A DNA stretch of 64,000 nucleotides from the human T2T-CHM13v2.0 reference genome, Homo sapiens: NCBI RefSeq assembly GCF_009914755.1, contig NC_060941.1; one strand, given 5' to 3'. Below the pieces are notes generated by a model, which worked only from the letters and a program-made list of their open reading frames with translations, had not been told where the DNA came from and did no database searches. The position numbers and the translations under genes are program-made. This document shows positions 1-15,454 of this stretch, piece by piece. Positions within the stretch are counted from its first letter, which is position 1; each line of letters starts with the position of its first letter.

Positions 1-130
1 GACCCTAGGCCTCTTCCTAAGCTCCCTGAACCTTAGCTTCTGTGGTGGACAGATGTTTCTACCTTCTGGCATTCACCACCATCATGAAATCCCCTCCCTT
101 GATTGTGGGTGGGACCCATGACTTGCTTCT

Positions 131-285
131 TTTTTTTTTTTTTTTTTGTTAAAAAGAGATGGGGGGGTCTCACTATTTTGCCCAGGCTAGTCTTGAACTC
201 CTGAACTCCTGAGTTCAAGCGGTCCTCCTGTCTCCGCCTCCCAAGTAACTGGGATTATAGGCACATGCCGCCACTGTGCCTGGCT
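131..285 (-). mobile_element. Alu monomer (FLAM-like)
   Basis: Poly-T plus left-arm sequence; TSD CCATGACTTGCTTCT (116-130, 286-300). Confidence 0.85.
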
Positions 286-428
286 CCATGACTTGCTTCT
301 AACCAATAGAATATGGCAAAAGGGATGAGATGTCACTCGATTTCATTACATTTTATAAGACTCCTTGCTGGCCAACTCACTCTAGAGACTCTCCTTGCTG
401 GCTTAGTGAAGCGAGCAGCCAGGTTGGG

Positions 429-1142
429 TGTGATGGTTAGTTTCATGCATCAACCTGGCTAGGCTGTAGGTCCCAATTATTCTTTCAAACACTAATCTAG
501 GTGTTGCTGTGATGGTATTTTATAGATGTGGTTAATAGCCACAATCAGTTGACCATAAATAAAGATTATTTTCAACAGGCTGGGTGCAGTGGCTCACACT
601 TGTAATCTCAGCTGGGAGCCGAGGTGGGAGGATGCCTTGAGCGCAGGAGTTCAAGACCAGCCTGGGCAACACGGCAAAACCTCATCTCTGCAAAAAATAC
701 AAAAGTTAGCTAAATGTGGTGGTGTGCACCTGTAGTCCCAGCTACTCAGGAGGCTGAGGCAGGAGGATCAATTAAGCCCAGGAGGTCAAGGCTGCAGTGA
801 GCCGTGATCACACCAATGCATTCCAGCCTGGGTAACAGAACGAGACTCTGTCTCAAAAAAAAAAAAAAAAAAAGATTATTCTCGACTACGGGGATGGGCC
901 TCATCCAATCAGTTGAAAGGACTAAAGAACAAAACTAAAGCTTCCCTAAGAAAGGGAAGAGGAAGTTCTGCCACAAGACTCCAGCATCAGCTCCTGCCTG
1001 AGAGTTTCCAGTCTGCCAGTCTCCTGTGGATTTCAGACTTGCGGGCCCCTACAGTTGCATAAGCCAGTTCCTTGGAATAAATGTCTTGCTGTGTTTGTAT
1101 GTTTGCATCCTACTGTTTCTCTGAAGGACCCCGACTGATACC
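429..1142 (+). mobile_element. MLT2 (ERVL) solo LTR
   Basis: Starts TGTGATGGTTAGTTT and ends CCCCGACTGATACC; 5-bp TSD TTGGG (424-428, 1143-1147). Confidence 0.8.
578..872 (+). mobile_element. Alu inside MLT2
   Basis: Dimeric Alu with A-tail; TSD AAAGATTATT. Confidence 0.92.
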
Positions 1143-1484
1143 TTGGGAAAGCCCACGTGGAAAGGATTCACTTTCAGTTAACACCCAGCAAGAAGCTGGA
1201 ACCCTTGGTCCTGTACCCATGAGGAAATGAATTCTGCCAACAACTTGAATGAATTTGGAAGCACATTTTCCAGTCAAAGCTCCAGATGAGACCATGGTCT
1301 AGCCAACACCTTGAATGCAGCCTCACAAGTCCTTGGGTGGAGAACCCAGCTAAGCCATGCCTGGACACTTCTCCATTAGTCAAAGAAGGAAAATAATAAT
1401 AGTCGTCTCACAGGGCCATTCTTGGGCTTAAGTGAGACAATCCAACAGTGTGCTCGGCACAGTGCATGCCACATATCTAGTTCC

Positions 1485-2359
<875 letters not shown>

Positions 2360-2391
2360 TGCATGACAAACCAATAAATGTCAACCCTGAC

Positions 2392-2686
2392 TTTTTTTTT
2401 GAGATGGAGGCTTGCTCTGTCACCCAGGCTGGAGTGCAGTGGTGCGATCTTGGCTCACTGCAACCTCAGCCTTCCAGGTTCCAGCAGTTCTCCTTCCTTG
2501 GCTTCCTGAGTAGCTGGGATTACAAGCACATGCCACCACGCCCAGCGAATTTTTTTGTATTTTTAGTAGAGACGGGGTTTCACCATGTTGGCCAGGCTGG
2601 TTTCGAACTCCTGACCTCAAGTGATCTGCCCGCCTTGGCCTCCCAAAGTGTTGGAATTACAGGTGTGAGCCACTGCGCCCAGCCAG
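2392..2686 (-). mobile_element. Alu
   Basis: Full-length antisense Alu. Confidence 0.92.
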
Positions 2687-2716
2687 CCCTGACTTAAAAA
2701 AAAAAAAAATTCTTTA

Positions 2717-3012
2717 AGCCAGGAGCTGTGGCTCATGCCTGTAATCTCAGCACTTTGGGAGGCTGAGGCAGGCAGATTGCTTGAGCTCAGGAGTTCGAGA
2801 CCTGCCTGAACAGCATGGCAAAACCCTGTCCCTAAAAAAATACACAAATTAGCCAGGCATGGTGGCACACGCCTGTAGCTACTCGAGTGGCTAAGGCAGG
2901 AGGATTGCTTGAGCCAGGGAGGTCAAGGGTGCAGTGAGCCAAGATAATGCCACTTCACTTCAGCCTGGGCAATCAAGCAAGACCCTGTCTCAAAAAAAAA
3001 AAAAAAAAAAAA
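2717..3012 (+). mobile_element. Alu (J-type)
   Basis: Full-length Alu with A-tail. Confidence 0.9.
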
Positions 3013-3592
3013 TTAGCAGCGGTCTGAGAATCAGGAACAGAACTAGGAAGGTCTAGATTCATGGAGCACCCAGGACTTACCATACCTCATGTAAAGGGGA
3101 AAATGGCCTTGATTATTTCAGAGAAATAGTAGGAAGTGGTGGTTTTGTGTACACACTCTGCAGTCATACTGGCTCTTCTATGTCAGCTATGTCATGTTAT
3201 GCTGGTGATTTAAATTTCTCTGTGCCTCAGTTTCCTCATCTGTAAAATAATATAAAATTGCACCTGGCACATCATAGGGCTATACAAGCATTAGCTGTTA
3301 TTATTATTTGCCTCTAACCCACAGTCCTATAACTCCAAAGGATTACGAGATGAAATAAACTCAATGTAGTACACGTTCATCTACACCAACTGTGAGCAAA
3401 TAAAGATGAACCAATAGGTGGCTACACTTCAAGACTTGCTCATTTTCTATAAACTTCCTATACTTGTTAAGGGATTCCAATCGTGTGATCCTCCTAGGGG
3501 TGCTTGGGAATGGGAAGGACCCTATCTGGCACAGACCTTTTCCCGCACATTTTGTCACCTGCTCCCACTCGTGCTGCTGCCCCAGGTCCCCA

Positions 3593-3611
3593 TGTCCAGC
3601 AGAGGGCGCTG
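3593..3611 (+). promoter_or_regulatory. CTCF-binding motif
   Basis: TGTCCAGCAGAGGGCGCTG closely matches the CTCF core CCASYAGRKGGCRS, in unique CpG-containing sequence. Confidence 0.7.
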
Positions 3612-4121
3612 TGGCCCTAAAATGCAATCCTCAGATGCTCCCCTCTCCCGCGAGGCCTACCGCTAGCGAGGGAGGCCACCCGCCAGAGGCAGCGGGCCTG
3701 ACTCCAATCAGACCCTTTGTCCCAACCAGCCCTTTTCTCCAAGCAATGAGCTTGGAGCTCCACATCACCCGCTGCTCGCTGGCTTTTCAAACCTCACGCT
3801 GCTCCTTGAAGCGTTTTCTGCAGGCTCCAGCCCTCTAGACCTTCCTTCTTTGAACCCCAGAAGCTTCGCTGCAGCAATGAATCATCCAGGCCTTATGCTG
3901 ATGTTAGTTTCCAAATTCCGTGGCAGCCCAGCTGTAAACCTCCATCTCGCCCTACAGAGAGCCTCCCGCCACCCACAGCCTGCGCCTCTTCCATCCTATT
4001 CCAACTTCTCCAGACAAAACTCACTGGCCCCACCCAGCTCTCACTTCTGCCTCAATCGGCTGGAGGGCAAAGCACTATTTTTCTCATTTAATCTTCCAGC
4101 AAACGATTGTTTGGGGCAAGA

Positions 4122-4419
4122 GGCCTGGCATGGTGGCTCAGGCCTGTAATCCCAGCACTTTGGGAGGCAGGAGGATGGCTTAAGCCCAAGAGTTTCAGGC
4201 CAGCCTGGGCAATGTGGTGAGACCCTCTTTTCTACAGACAACTTAAAAATTAGCCAGGCATGGTGGCATGTGCCTATAGTCTCAGCTATTAAGGAGGCTG
4301 AGGTGGGAGGACCTCTTGAGCCCAGGAGGTGGAGGTTGCCGTGAGCTGAGATCGTCCCACTGCACTTCAGCCTGGGTGATAGAATGAGAGACCCTGTCAT
4401 AAATAAATAAATAAATAAA
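4122..4419 (+). mobile_element. Alu (J-type)
   Basis: Full-length Alu, (TAAA)n tail, degenerate TSD AAAYGATTGTTT. Confidence 0.9.
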
Positions 4420-4474
4420 TGATTGTTTTGGGCCAAGGTTAGCATCCTGCAAAGATGAAGACAGCCAACCTTTA

Positions 4475-5170
<696 letters not shown>

Positions 5171-5245
5171 AAACAACTGGGCTTTTTAAACAAGACATTA
5201 TCTGGACTTAATGTAAGTATAGACACAGGGCTCCATCCCTGTTCT

Positions 5246-5998
5246 CTAGAACTGTGCTAATATACTACCCACCAGCCACATGACTGTAGAGCACACGACT
5301 AATCCAAGTTGAGATGTGCTGAAAGTGCAAAATACACACTGAATTCTAAGGACTTTTTGAAAAAAATGTAAAATATAGCATTAACAACTTTTATATTGAT
5401 TACACGTGGAAATGATAGTATTTTGGATCTATTGGGTTAAATAAGATATATTATTAAAATTAATTTTAGCCAGACACGATGGCTCATGCCTGTAATCCCA
5501 ACACTTCGGGAGGCCAAGCGGGCGGATCGCTTAAACTCAGGAGTTCGAGACCAGCCGGTGCAACATGGTGAAACCCTGTGTCTACAAAAAATACAAAAAT
5601 TAGCTGGGCATGGTGGCACACACCTGCAATCCCAGCTACTTGTGGGGACTGAGGGCGGGGGAGGATCGCCTGAGTCCAGGAGGTTGAGGCTGCAGTGAAC
5701 TGTGTTCACACCACTCCACTCCAGCTTGGGTGACAAAGTGAGACCCTGTCTCAAAAAATTAATTTTCCCATAGCTCACAGTAGCCTCAAACTCCTGGGCT
5801 CAATCTATCCTCCTGCCTCAGACTCCTCAGTCATTGGGACTAGGACTACAGGTATGCATCACTGTACCCAGCTAACTTTTATGTAGGTTTTTGTTTGTTT
5901 TTAACAGGTGAGATCTCACTATGTTGCCCAGGCTGGATAGAACATTTTAAATGGCATCTGTGACTTCCATCTTATTTCTGTGGGGCAGAGCTGCTCTG
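5246..5998. mobile_element. MER33-like hAT-Charlie DNA transposon, interrupted by Alus (5468-5758 +, 5770-5935 -)
   Basis: GAGATGTGCTGAAAGTGCAAAATACACAC...TTTTATATTGATTAC...TTGGGTTAAATAA...ATTAAAATTAATTT matches the recalled MER33 consensus. Confidence 0.7.
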
Positions 5999-6940
5999 GG
6001 AACTCTCAGCTCAGTGGAAGACAGACAGGATCATTTGAATATTCTAAAGCAGGGGAACATGTGGTCTGTGTTTTAAGAAGTGAGAACAACTTGGTGTAGG
6101 AACCTCAGAGGCGGGAACTCCTGAGGGAGAGAGTTTCAGGGAAGCTGTCTCAGCGGATTCCAGGTTCCAGCTGTATTTCTAAAGATTTGTGGGACTCTGC
6201 CCTGGGGAGAAGAGCAGAGGGAAACACGAAGGCCAAAACAGCAAAGGCCAGGGAGGCAAGGCCAGCCAGCAGTGGGGCTGGGTGCCCAGTGCTCCTGGGT
6301 GAGTGGAGGGAGACAAGGCCTGCTGACCACAAACTGTGAGGGCCTTGACTGTGGGGCCAGACAGAGGGGCTGTCAGCCAGATGGAGCTCCAGACACCTTA
6401 GGCTAGGGAGGGTCTGGACCTGGACAGACTACAGAAATTGGTGAGCAGGAATGGGAGGTGGCAGTGAGTGGCAGGGCCCCTGGCTCATTCTCCCTCTGTC
6501 CTCATTTCCTTGCTCTGGAGGGGAGGGTGGTGAACAATCTTCTCAGAGGAGGTTAGCTGTGGGAGGACAGCTCCTAAGGAGCATTTCCTGCCTTTGGCTC
6601 ACAACTGCTTCCTGTCCAGACCTCCCAACACTTGACCCCCATTCAATTCCTTCCTCCCAGGGCAGCTGGGTGGCCACGAGGTCTTCACAGGTCCAGAGAC
6701 CCGGAGCTTCTCAGCAAGCTGAATGAGGCAGCGTCCCAGGGGTCCAGAAGCCCAGCCTCGCCCGGCGCTGGTGAGGAACTGGAATCCAGGCTTGTACTGA
6801 AAGCCTCAGGGATAGATTTGGAGGAGGAAGCCCGAGATGGCGCCTCTCTCCCACCGGCTAGGACCTCAGTTCCCACTTTCCTAGTTACCTCTTCCACCCC
6901 CTCACCTCCAGCTGGGAACTTACATCCCTTCTTTCATTTA

Positions 6941-7096
<156 letters not shown>

Positions 7097-7322
7097 TTAA
7101 AAATTAAAAATTCAAAAAAATGAAAAACAAATGGCACTTTTTCTTCCCAAACAATGGCTGGGGACTTCTGAAGGGAAAGGGAGGCAAATTCCCTAGGAAA
7201 TAATCATGAGTGATTACTTCTCCAGAAACACCTGAGGCCTCCAATGAACCCCTTCTTTGAGAGTCAATCTGCAGTTTTCTCCCTGGTTCTGAGATGTCAG
7301 GCCAGGTTCCAAAGATGTGAGG

Positions 7323-7620
7323 TTTTTTTTTTTTTTTTTGAGACGGAGTCTCGCTCTGTCGCCCAGCCTCGAGTGCAGTGGCGCGATCTCAGCTCACTGC
7401 AAGCTCTGCCTCCCGGGTTCACACCATTCTCCTGCCTCAGCCTCCTGAGTAGCTGGGACTACAGGTGCCCAACACCATGCCCGGCTAATTTCTTTGTATT
7501 TTTAGTAGAGTCGGGGTTTCACCATGTTAGCCAGGATGGTCTCGATCTCCTGACCTCGTGATCCACCCGCCTCGGCCTCCCAAAGTGCTGGGATTACAGG
7601 CGTGAGCCACCACGCCAGCC
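7323..7620 (-). mobile_element. AluY-like
   Basis: Y-type positions (GCAAGCTC, TTAGCCAGGATGGTCTCGATC); TSD AAGATGTGAG. Confidence 0.9.
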
Positions 7621-7661
7621 TAAGATGTGAGTTTTGAGAGCCCATCACAGGTTGTTAAAAG

Positions 7662-8160
7662 TGTGTCTGGAGTTGGTTCCTTCCCATGGGTTCTTGGTCT
7701 TACAGGCTTCTTGGGTTCTTGGTCTCACAGACTTCAAGAATGAAGCCGTGGACCTTCGCAGTGAGTGTCACAGCTCTTCAAGGTGGCATGGACCCAAAGA
7801 GTGAGCAGCAGCAAGATTTATTGGGAAAAGCGAAAGAACAAAGCTTCCAAAGCAGGGAAGGGGACCCAAGCGGGTTGGGGCTCCTGGCTGGGAGTGGGGG
7901 TGGGGATGGGGGGAGTGGCCAGCTTTTATTCCTTTATTTGTCCCTGCCCACATCCTGCTGATTGGTCCATTTTACAGAGTGCTGATTGGTCTATTTTACA
8001 GAGTGCTGATTGCTGCATTCACAATCCTGTAGCTAGACACAGAGCACTGATTGGTGCGTTTTTACAGAGTGCTGATTGGTGCATTTACAATCCTTTAGCT
8101 AGCCAAGAAATTCTCCAAGCCCCCACTCCACCCAGAAAGTCCAGCTAGCTTCACCTCTCA
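7662..8160 (-). mobile_element. ERV9 solo LTR (short LTR12, LTR12F-like)
   Basis: TGTGTCTGG...CACCTCTCA ends, tandem GCTGATTGG (CCAAT) repeats, 4-bp TSD AAAG (7658-7661, 8161-8164). Confidence 0.9.
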
Positions 8161-9024
8161 AAAGGAGCCAGATCTTTCTCCTTTATCTCTTAAACCTAAG
8201 CCATGCCTGCCCACCCCCTAGTGCAGGGTACACTACAATACTTAAAATGGGGAGAGGACTACCCCAAATAACCCAGCCCATCTCAGCTCAACCATGAGCC
8301 TCTGCTATGCCTCTAAATCAGTCCTGCCCTCTTCCTTCCATAAATCCTAGAGACCCCTAGGAGATGCCCCTCACCAGCAGCATACCAGCCAGGAATCCCT
8401 GAGTCCTCCATAAAAGCCACACTTGGAGCTGAGATGACCCTAGGGGAGGGGGCTTAGTCCCTCTGCCTTGCTCTGCCCCTTAACCACCAGGTAGACCACA
8501 AGTGTTTGTTGCACATCATACCCCACTCCCCACAGACCCCCACTTAAGGCCAGGGCAGAATTAAAGGATGGAATTGCTGAAAGAAGGGGTCTTCTCCCCC
8601 AGGGATGCTTGGTCTCAGTCCACAGGGAAAGGAAGGTCCTACGGGTGTGGGGAGTGCAGGCCTGGCTGGTCCCCTGCTCTCTGCCAGCTCTAGAGCACCC
8701 GCTGTACCGGGGGCTCCCCTTGGTGGGGTCAGGAAAAGTCCACGGGAGACTTGGGGGAGTGGAGGGGAGGGCCCTGGGGAAAATTAATGTGGATCAAGGG
8801 CTTGAAGACGTTCCTGACTCTCCCTCCCCTCCCCTACCCCCACCCCCACGCCTGCCTCAGGTGGACCAAATACTGAGGAGTGGATTTGTGTGAGCCTAAA
8901 CACAAGAGCTCTGGGGTTCTATTTCCTCTTAGTCATTTTCCAAAGCTGCACCACCCTACCACTGCCTGGCTGGTGTGGCATCAGAGGGCTCTAGGTCCCC
9001 AGCCCTGCAGAGAAGCCCTTCTGA

Positions 9025-9457
<433 letters not shown>

Positions 9458-10849
9458 TCTTTCTTAAAATGTCTTTTCCCTCTATCTTTCCCCTCCCAGT
9501 GATCCAAAAGCTACGCCTGATTTGGAGAGGGGGTGGCAAGTGGGAAAGGAGGAGGGAAGGGGCAGTGTGGATCGAGGAGGGGGTCACCCCCACCCTGACC
9601 CTGAGCACCCTAGATTTGGCCCCTCTGGGTGCCTCCCTCTTTGGAGAACTCAGGAAGCCGATGAGCTAGTTTGCGAGCTGGGGGTGGGGCAGTGAGGAGA
9701 CTGGGGAGGAGGGAGGAGAGGGGAGAGTGATGGGAGCCGCGGCTGGGAGGCTTCGGAAGGTTGAAGGCTGGGTTTGGGAGGTGAGGGCGAGCGTCCCTCT
9801 CAGCCCCGTGGGGGGATATGCAAAGAATTGCTAATTGCAACTAAACGAGGCCTCGGCGTGGGGGAAGGGGCAGTCTTGCGGCTGTCAGGGGCTACCGCCT
9901 CTTTGAGTGCCCGGGTAAGGCCAGGCCAGCCCGCTCTTCTCATGTAAAGCAGCTTTTTGTCTGGGGGAGCCAGGGCTGGGGCCAGGGGCTGGGGAAGGGG
10001 CCCAAGCCATCAGCAAGTTTCTTGTTCCCCAGAAAGGGAGAAGGGTGCCGAGGCCTCCTCAGAGTGAGAATGCCCCCCTCCTTCTCCACTCTCAAGCTTT
10101 TTATGTGGGGGTTGATGGGGTGCTGCCCAGCAGGAGGGGGTGGGCCTGGGATCCCAGTACCCCCCTTGCTGGACTGTGGGAAAAAAAAGAGCACAAAGAA
10201 GGGGGCTGGCCCCGCTGAGATGGGAGACGGGGCAGCTCTGATCCACGGATGCCCTGAGGCTGAAGTACCCATCCCTGGATCCCCTTCTAGAGAATGTCCC
10301 CATTGGCCATGTATCTTATCTGGTCATCTGGGCCCATTTCAGACTTTCTCACCCACTTTGCAAACCCTCCCTAACCCTTTGTACTCTGAGGAGATGGATT
10401 TTGTGAATCCAAGTTAGTTCCTAACTGAGCCTAACTAGAGGGAGAAGAAGGACTCATACCTTTGGGGAAATCTTTGCTCTAAACATAGGGACCTACGAAT
10501 AATGCTTCCAGACCCTGGGGCCACATAACCTGTTAGAGACCCAAGAATCTTGCTTTCTAATTCAGATGCCCCCTTTTATGAGCTTCTATAAACTTGGGCA
10601 AATTATATCAGCTATTGAGCCTCAGTTTTCTCATCTGTAAAATGGGGACAATATCATCCTCTCAAAATCCTTGTGAAGATATGGAAAGATGCAACGCATC
10701 CCGTATGGCAGTCCCTGGTTCTCAGTGTGTCCCCTCCCCTCCCCTGGAACATCTATCAAAAGGATGGATACACACACACAAGCACTTCAGGGATAGTGAT
10801 ACCTCATGTCCATATCACACTTTGCAATTTCCACAATGCACGTGACATC

Positions 10850-11151
10850 TCTTTCTCTTTTGTCTTCTTTTTGAGACAGAATCTCACTTTGTCGCCCAGG
10901 CTGGAGTGCAGTGGCATGATCTCGGCTCACTGCGAACTCCGTCTCCTGGGTTCAAGTGATTCTCTTGCCTCAGCCTCCTGAGTAGCTAGGACTACCACCC
11001 ACCACCACTCCTGGCTAATTTTTGTATTTTTAGTAGAGACGGGTTTTCACCATGTTGGCCAGGCTGGTCTCAAACTCCTGACCATCAGTGATCCACCCGC
11101 CTCAGCCTCCCAAAATGCTGGGATTACAGGCGTGAGCCACAACGCTGGGCC
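10850..11151 (-). mobile_element. Alu
   Basis: Antisense Alu. Confidence 0.9.
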
Positions 11152-12663
11152 ACATGTCATCTCTTAATGATACACTATCTAATCAATGGAACAGACTCTT
11201 CTTTTCTATATTTGGTGAAAAAAATCAAGATTCCAAGAGCTTAAGTCAGATCCCCTGACACCTCTGCCAATGCTCATCCCACTCCATGGTGTGGCCTCAG
11301 GGATCCCATCTCACAGACTAGACAAATGGAGCCCAAGGCCAGAGCAAAACCAGCCGGAGACTGTCACCGTCCAAGGTATCACCCAGGGTTTCTCAATAGC
11401 ACAGCTTGTCTTAGTGGCCACCTGCACTCTTCTCCTAAATCAGTGCTTGTGTGGAAACTTTAGGACCATGTGGGTCCCCTTCTCTCAGCTCCACACTGGG
11501 GTCCTTGAGAAGCAGAGGGCTGGCTGGAGGATAGGAAGGGTTGTCCCCTCCCCTCCCAGCAGAAAACCTCTGGGATGACACCTTCACTCTGAGAGGCAGC
11601 GGGATGACACGGATAGAATCGCTGGGCAAGTCAGTTCTTTCCCTCCTCCCTTTTCCTGCTAGAAGTCCACTTCTTCATCGAGAAATGTCTCCTCCGTTCC
11701 TTCCCCCCTCTATTTTGGGGGCCCCGGGGTCTAGCTCCCCATCCCTGTGTGTCGCTCCGGCTGGATCCCCATCCTCCCAGCCCCTCGGCCAAGTGGAGGA
11801 TGCTGATCTGACTGCCTCCTGCCAGACACCTAGGGCCTCCTGCTCCCAGAGGGTCTTGGCCAAGGGGCTCTGGCGCTGGGCCGGTGCCTTTCTCACTGCC
11901 CGGCTCCCTCCTCACAGGCCCCTAATCCATCTCACCCAGCAGGAAGCCCTTAAGCTGCCTTTTCAGCCGCCTTCCCCAGCCCGCTGTGGGCTCTGTGCCT
12001 TTCTATACCACCCTTGGCAGGAGCTGTGTTATACAAGCTGGAGAGAGAGGCCCCTGCAAAGAGGTCATCGTGCCTAAGGCGGCTTCCAGCTCCAGCAGCC
12101 TCTCCTCCCTGGTCCCCTCCCCAGGGTTCCCCCACTGGTACACTGCCTGGCATCCCTGGGCACTGACAGCCCTGGCTGACTCACATCAAAGCCCCAGACT
12201 GGGTCCAGGTGAGAGGAGGGATGCTAGGGGGACAGTGGGCAGAAGGCCAGGGTCTGGGGAAGTGTGGCAGGCATGAGGGGCTCCTCTGGCTCTGTGCCAT
12301 CTGTCCTTTTGGCTGGTGTCTCCATCTTCCCTCTGCTTCCAACCCCTGCCCTCAACTCCCCAAAGCCCATTCACAGGTTTCTTAGACTCAGTTATGCAGC
12401 CCAGACAGGGCTGGGAGAGCGTGTGCCCTGGAGGCCACCTCAACTGAATGTTTCAGACAGGAAGAGAGAGAGGCCAAGGGGGTGGGGGTGGGGGCAGGGG
12501 CGCCAACAGTTTCTTTCTGTCTTCCTAGGTTGTATTTGGATTTGGGCAATTGCTTGTCACTCTTGGGGCACAGACCTCATAGCTTGGATCATTCTGGGGC
12601 AGGCTTAATTTCACACCCCCAATTTCATAGCCCCTGCAAGTATACTCTCGCTGGTTCTGATGA

Positions 12664-12963
<300 letters not shown>

Positions 12964-14411
12964 GGAAAATGGTTCTTGTATGACCTGGTCCTTATCTTGA
13001 CCTCAACCTTTCCCTCCCCTCTCTCTCCAGGAAAAAATATCCCCCCACCGCCCCTACCTAGGCCCCTTCTCCAAGGCCCAATCCCCAGTCCTGCCTCCAC
13101 TCCAGGAAGCCAGCCTTTTGCTGGCTAGAAGTGGTTAGAGAAGAGTTGGGGGTGCCTCTGGGAGGTCTGTTTGTAGTTCAGATTCTTCTCATTCCAGGCT
13201 CAGCAGGCTCTCTCTAAGGGAAGGGCCTGGGATGGGGGGCGGGGATCCTTGGGGCACCAGCTGCAGGGAAGGAAAGCTTCCCGGGGAGAGGAGGGAAGTG
13301 TTTTTCTTCCCTTCCTAGTGACCCCCATCCACAAGGTAGGAACTGCCTCTCCTGGTTCCATCATTGGAGTCCCCCCCACAAGCTGCCCCAGCATTCAGGC
13401 TCCTCCCAAGGGGCCTGACAGGAGCTATGGAGAGCTGCGGCCCTGATCTCTTTCTTCACTTCTGAATGAGTCCATTTCTACCCTTTTGGGACCCTTAGAG
13501 ATGTTTGGAAGAGTTTGGAGGAGGGGCACTAAGGTATGCACAACCAGATGCTTGCAGAGTGACTGGGTCAGCCCCAGCTTCAAAGAGGCTATATCAGTCT
13601 ATCCCCAAAACTGAAGTCCCTTGTAGATTTTTTCTTTCTTTAACCAGTATTCACATATTTGTCCCTCTAGACTACCAACCCTTAGGCCTCGAGATTCCTC
13701 AAGGATTAATCAGTGATCCAGTCACGGGAGAAAGCAACCAACCCCCAGGGTCTTAGAAGTCTGACACCTGCCCCAACTCCCCAGCAAACTTCCTTCTCCA
13801 GCTGCCTCTGCCTGAGAGCAGGAAAAACCAACACTAAAGGCTTATATTGAGCATCCACTATGTGAAGTCACTTACCACTTCATCTTATCTTCCCCACCCT
13901 TCAAGAGAAGATTAGTGTCCCTATCTTATCGATGAAGAGTCAGAGCTTCAGAAAGGGAGAGTGACCTATCTCAGGGAATGCAGTGAGGAAGCAGAGCTGA
14001 ATCCATTGAGTCCAAGTCCAGGACAGTGGTCTGCCTAGCATGCTGCCTCGTGACTAGGTCTGCCCTAGGTGCCTGTGTCCAGGCTCCCAGGCTGACCTCT
14101 GGCTAATATTCTGCTTCTGGGTTACAAAGCAGCATGTACCATCTGAGCTTCCTTTCCCAAAGCAACTGTCCCTACAAATCCAGTTTCTCTTTCAGTCCTC
14201 ACTTCACAGGGAACAGGACAGACTTATTGTGCCCATTCTTCAGATGGAGAAACTGATACTCAGAGAAAAGATTCACTGAAGGTCAGAAAAGTATTAAGCA
14301 CCAAGACCAGGACACGAGCATTCAGGTGTCCTACGTCCACTTCATGGGTTCTCACGATGATGTCAGATTTATTTGTCACTTCACCCCTTCTCAGATTGGA
14401 GATCAGAATAG

Positions 14412-14621
<210 letters not shown>

Positions 14622-15150
14622 TAAATGTGGCTTTGAGAAACTAGATACTTGTCAAAACTGGAGACTAGAAATCTGCGTCCTAGAAACCTTGCTCATTTTT
14701 CATCCTCAGAGCTGAGCTTCTCCCCTCCCTAAGTGTGGGTTTCAGAGGCAGGGCAGAATGTATGGAAAGGGAATTGGGCTCGCTGTCCAGGGCAGGATGC
14801 TTGTGTCTCTAGATTACCCAGCTCAGGGAGTTCTTCAGACCTTGCCCTATTTACAGAGAGCATTGATTCATTTAACAATTTTTTCTTGGGTGCCTATGAT
14901 ATGCAAGGCACTAAGGTATGCACAAAAACTAAGACACAGCCTCTGCCCTCAAGAGATTATCTTGTTGGGCTGTGGGGAGGCTGTAGTTAGACATATGTAG
15001 GTAACACATGCCACATGCTAAATGCCATAAGATAAACATCAACTCAGGGAAAGGACAGGGGTGGTATCAGGGAAGCACCACAGAGAAGGGGACTTCAAGG
15101 ATTTACAGTGGTGGAATGGCTCTAGGTATTTTATCAAAAAAAGAGATTCA

Positions 15151-15442
15151 GGCCAGGTGCAGTGACTCATGCCTATAATCCCAACAGTCTGGGAGGCCGA
15201 GGCAGGCAGATTGCTTGAGCTCAGGAGTTCCAGACCAGCCTGGGCAACATGGTGAAACCCCATCTCTACCCAAAATAGAAAAAATTAGCCAGGCATGTGT
15301 CTGTGCTCCTAGCTACTCAGGAGGCCAAGATGGGAGGATTGCTTGATCCTGGGAGGTCGAGGCTGCAGTGAGCCGAGATCGCATCACTGCACATTCCAGC
15401 CTGGGTGACAGAGTAAGACTCCGTCTCAAAAAAAAAAAAAAA
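15151..15442 (+). mobile_element. Alu
   Basis: Full-length Alu with A-tail. Confidence 0.9.
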
Positions 15443-15454
15443 GATGCAATACAT

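Larger units (their letters stand above)
40..1375 (+). mobile_element. MLT1-family (MaLR) LTR remnant, split by an Alu monomer and an MLT2 LTR
   Basis: MLT1-like blocks (GACTTGCTTCTAACCAATAGAATATGGCAA; GAAATGAATTCTGCCAACAAC; CCCAGCTAAGCCATGCCTGGAC). Confidence 0.65.
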
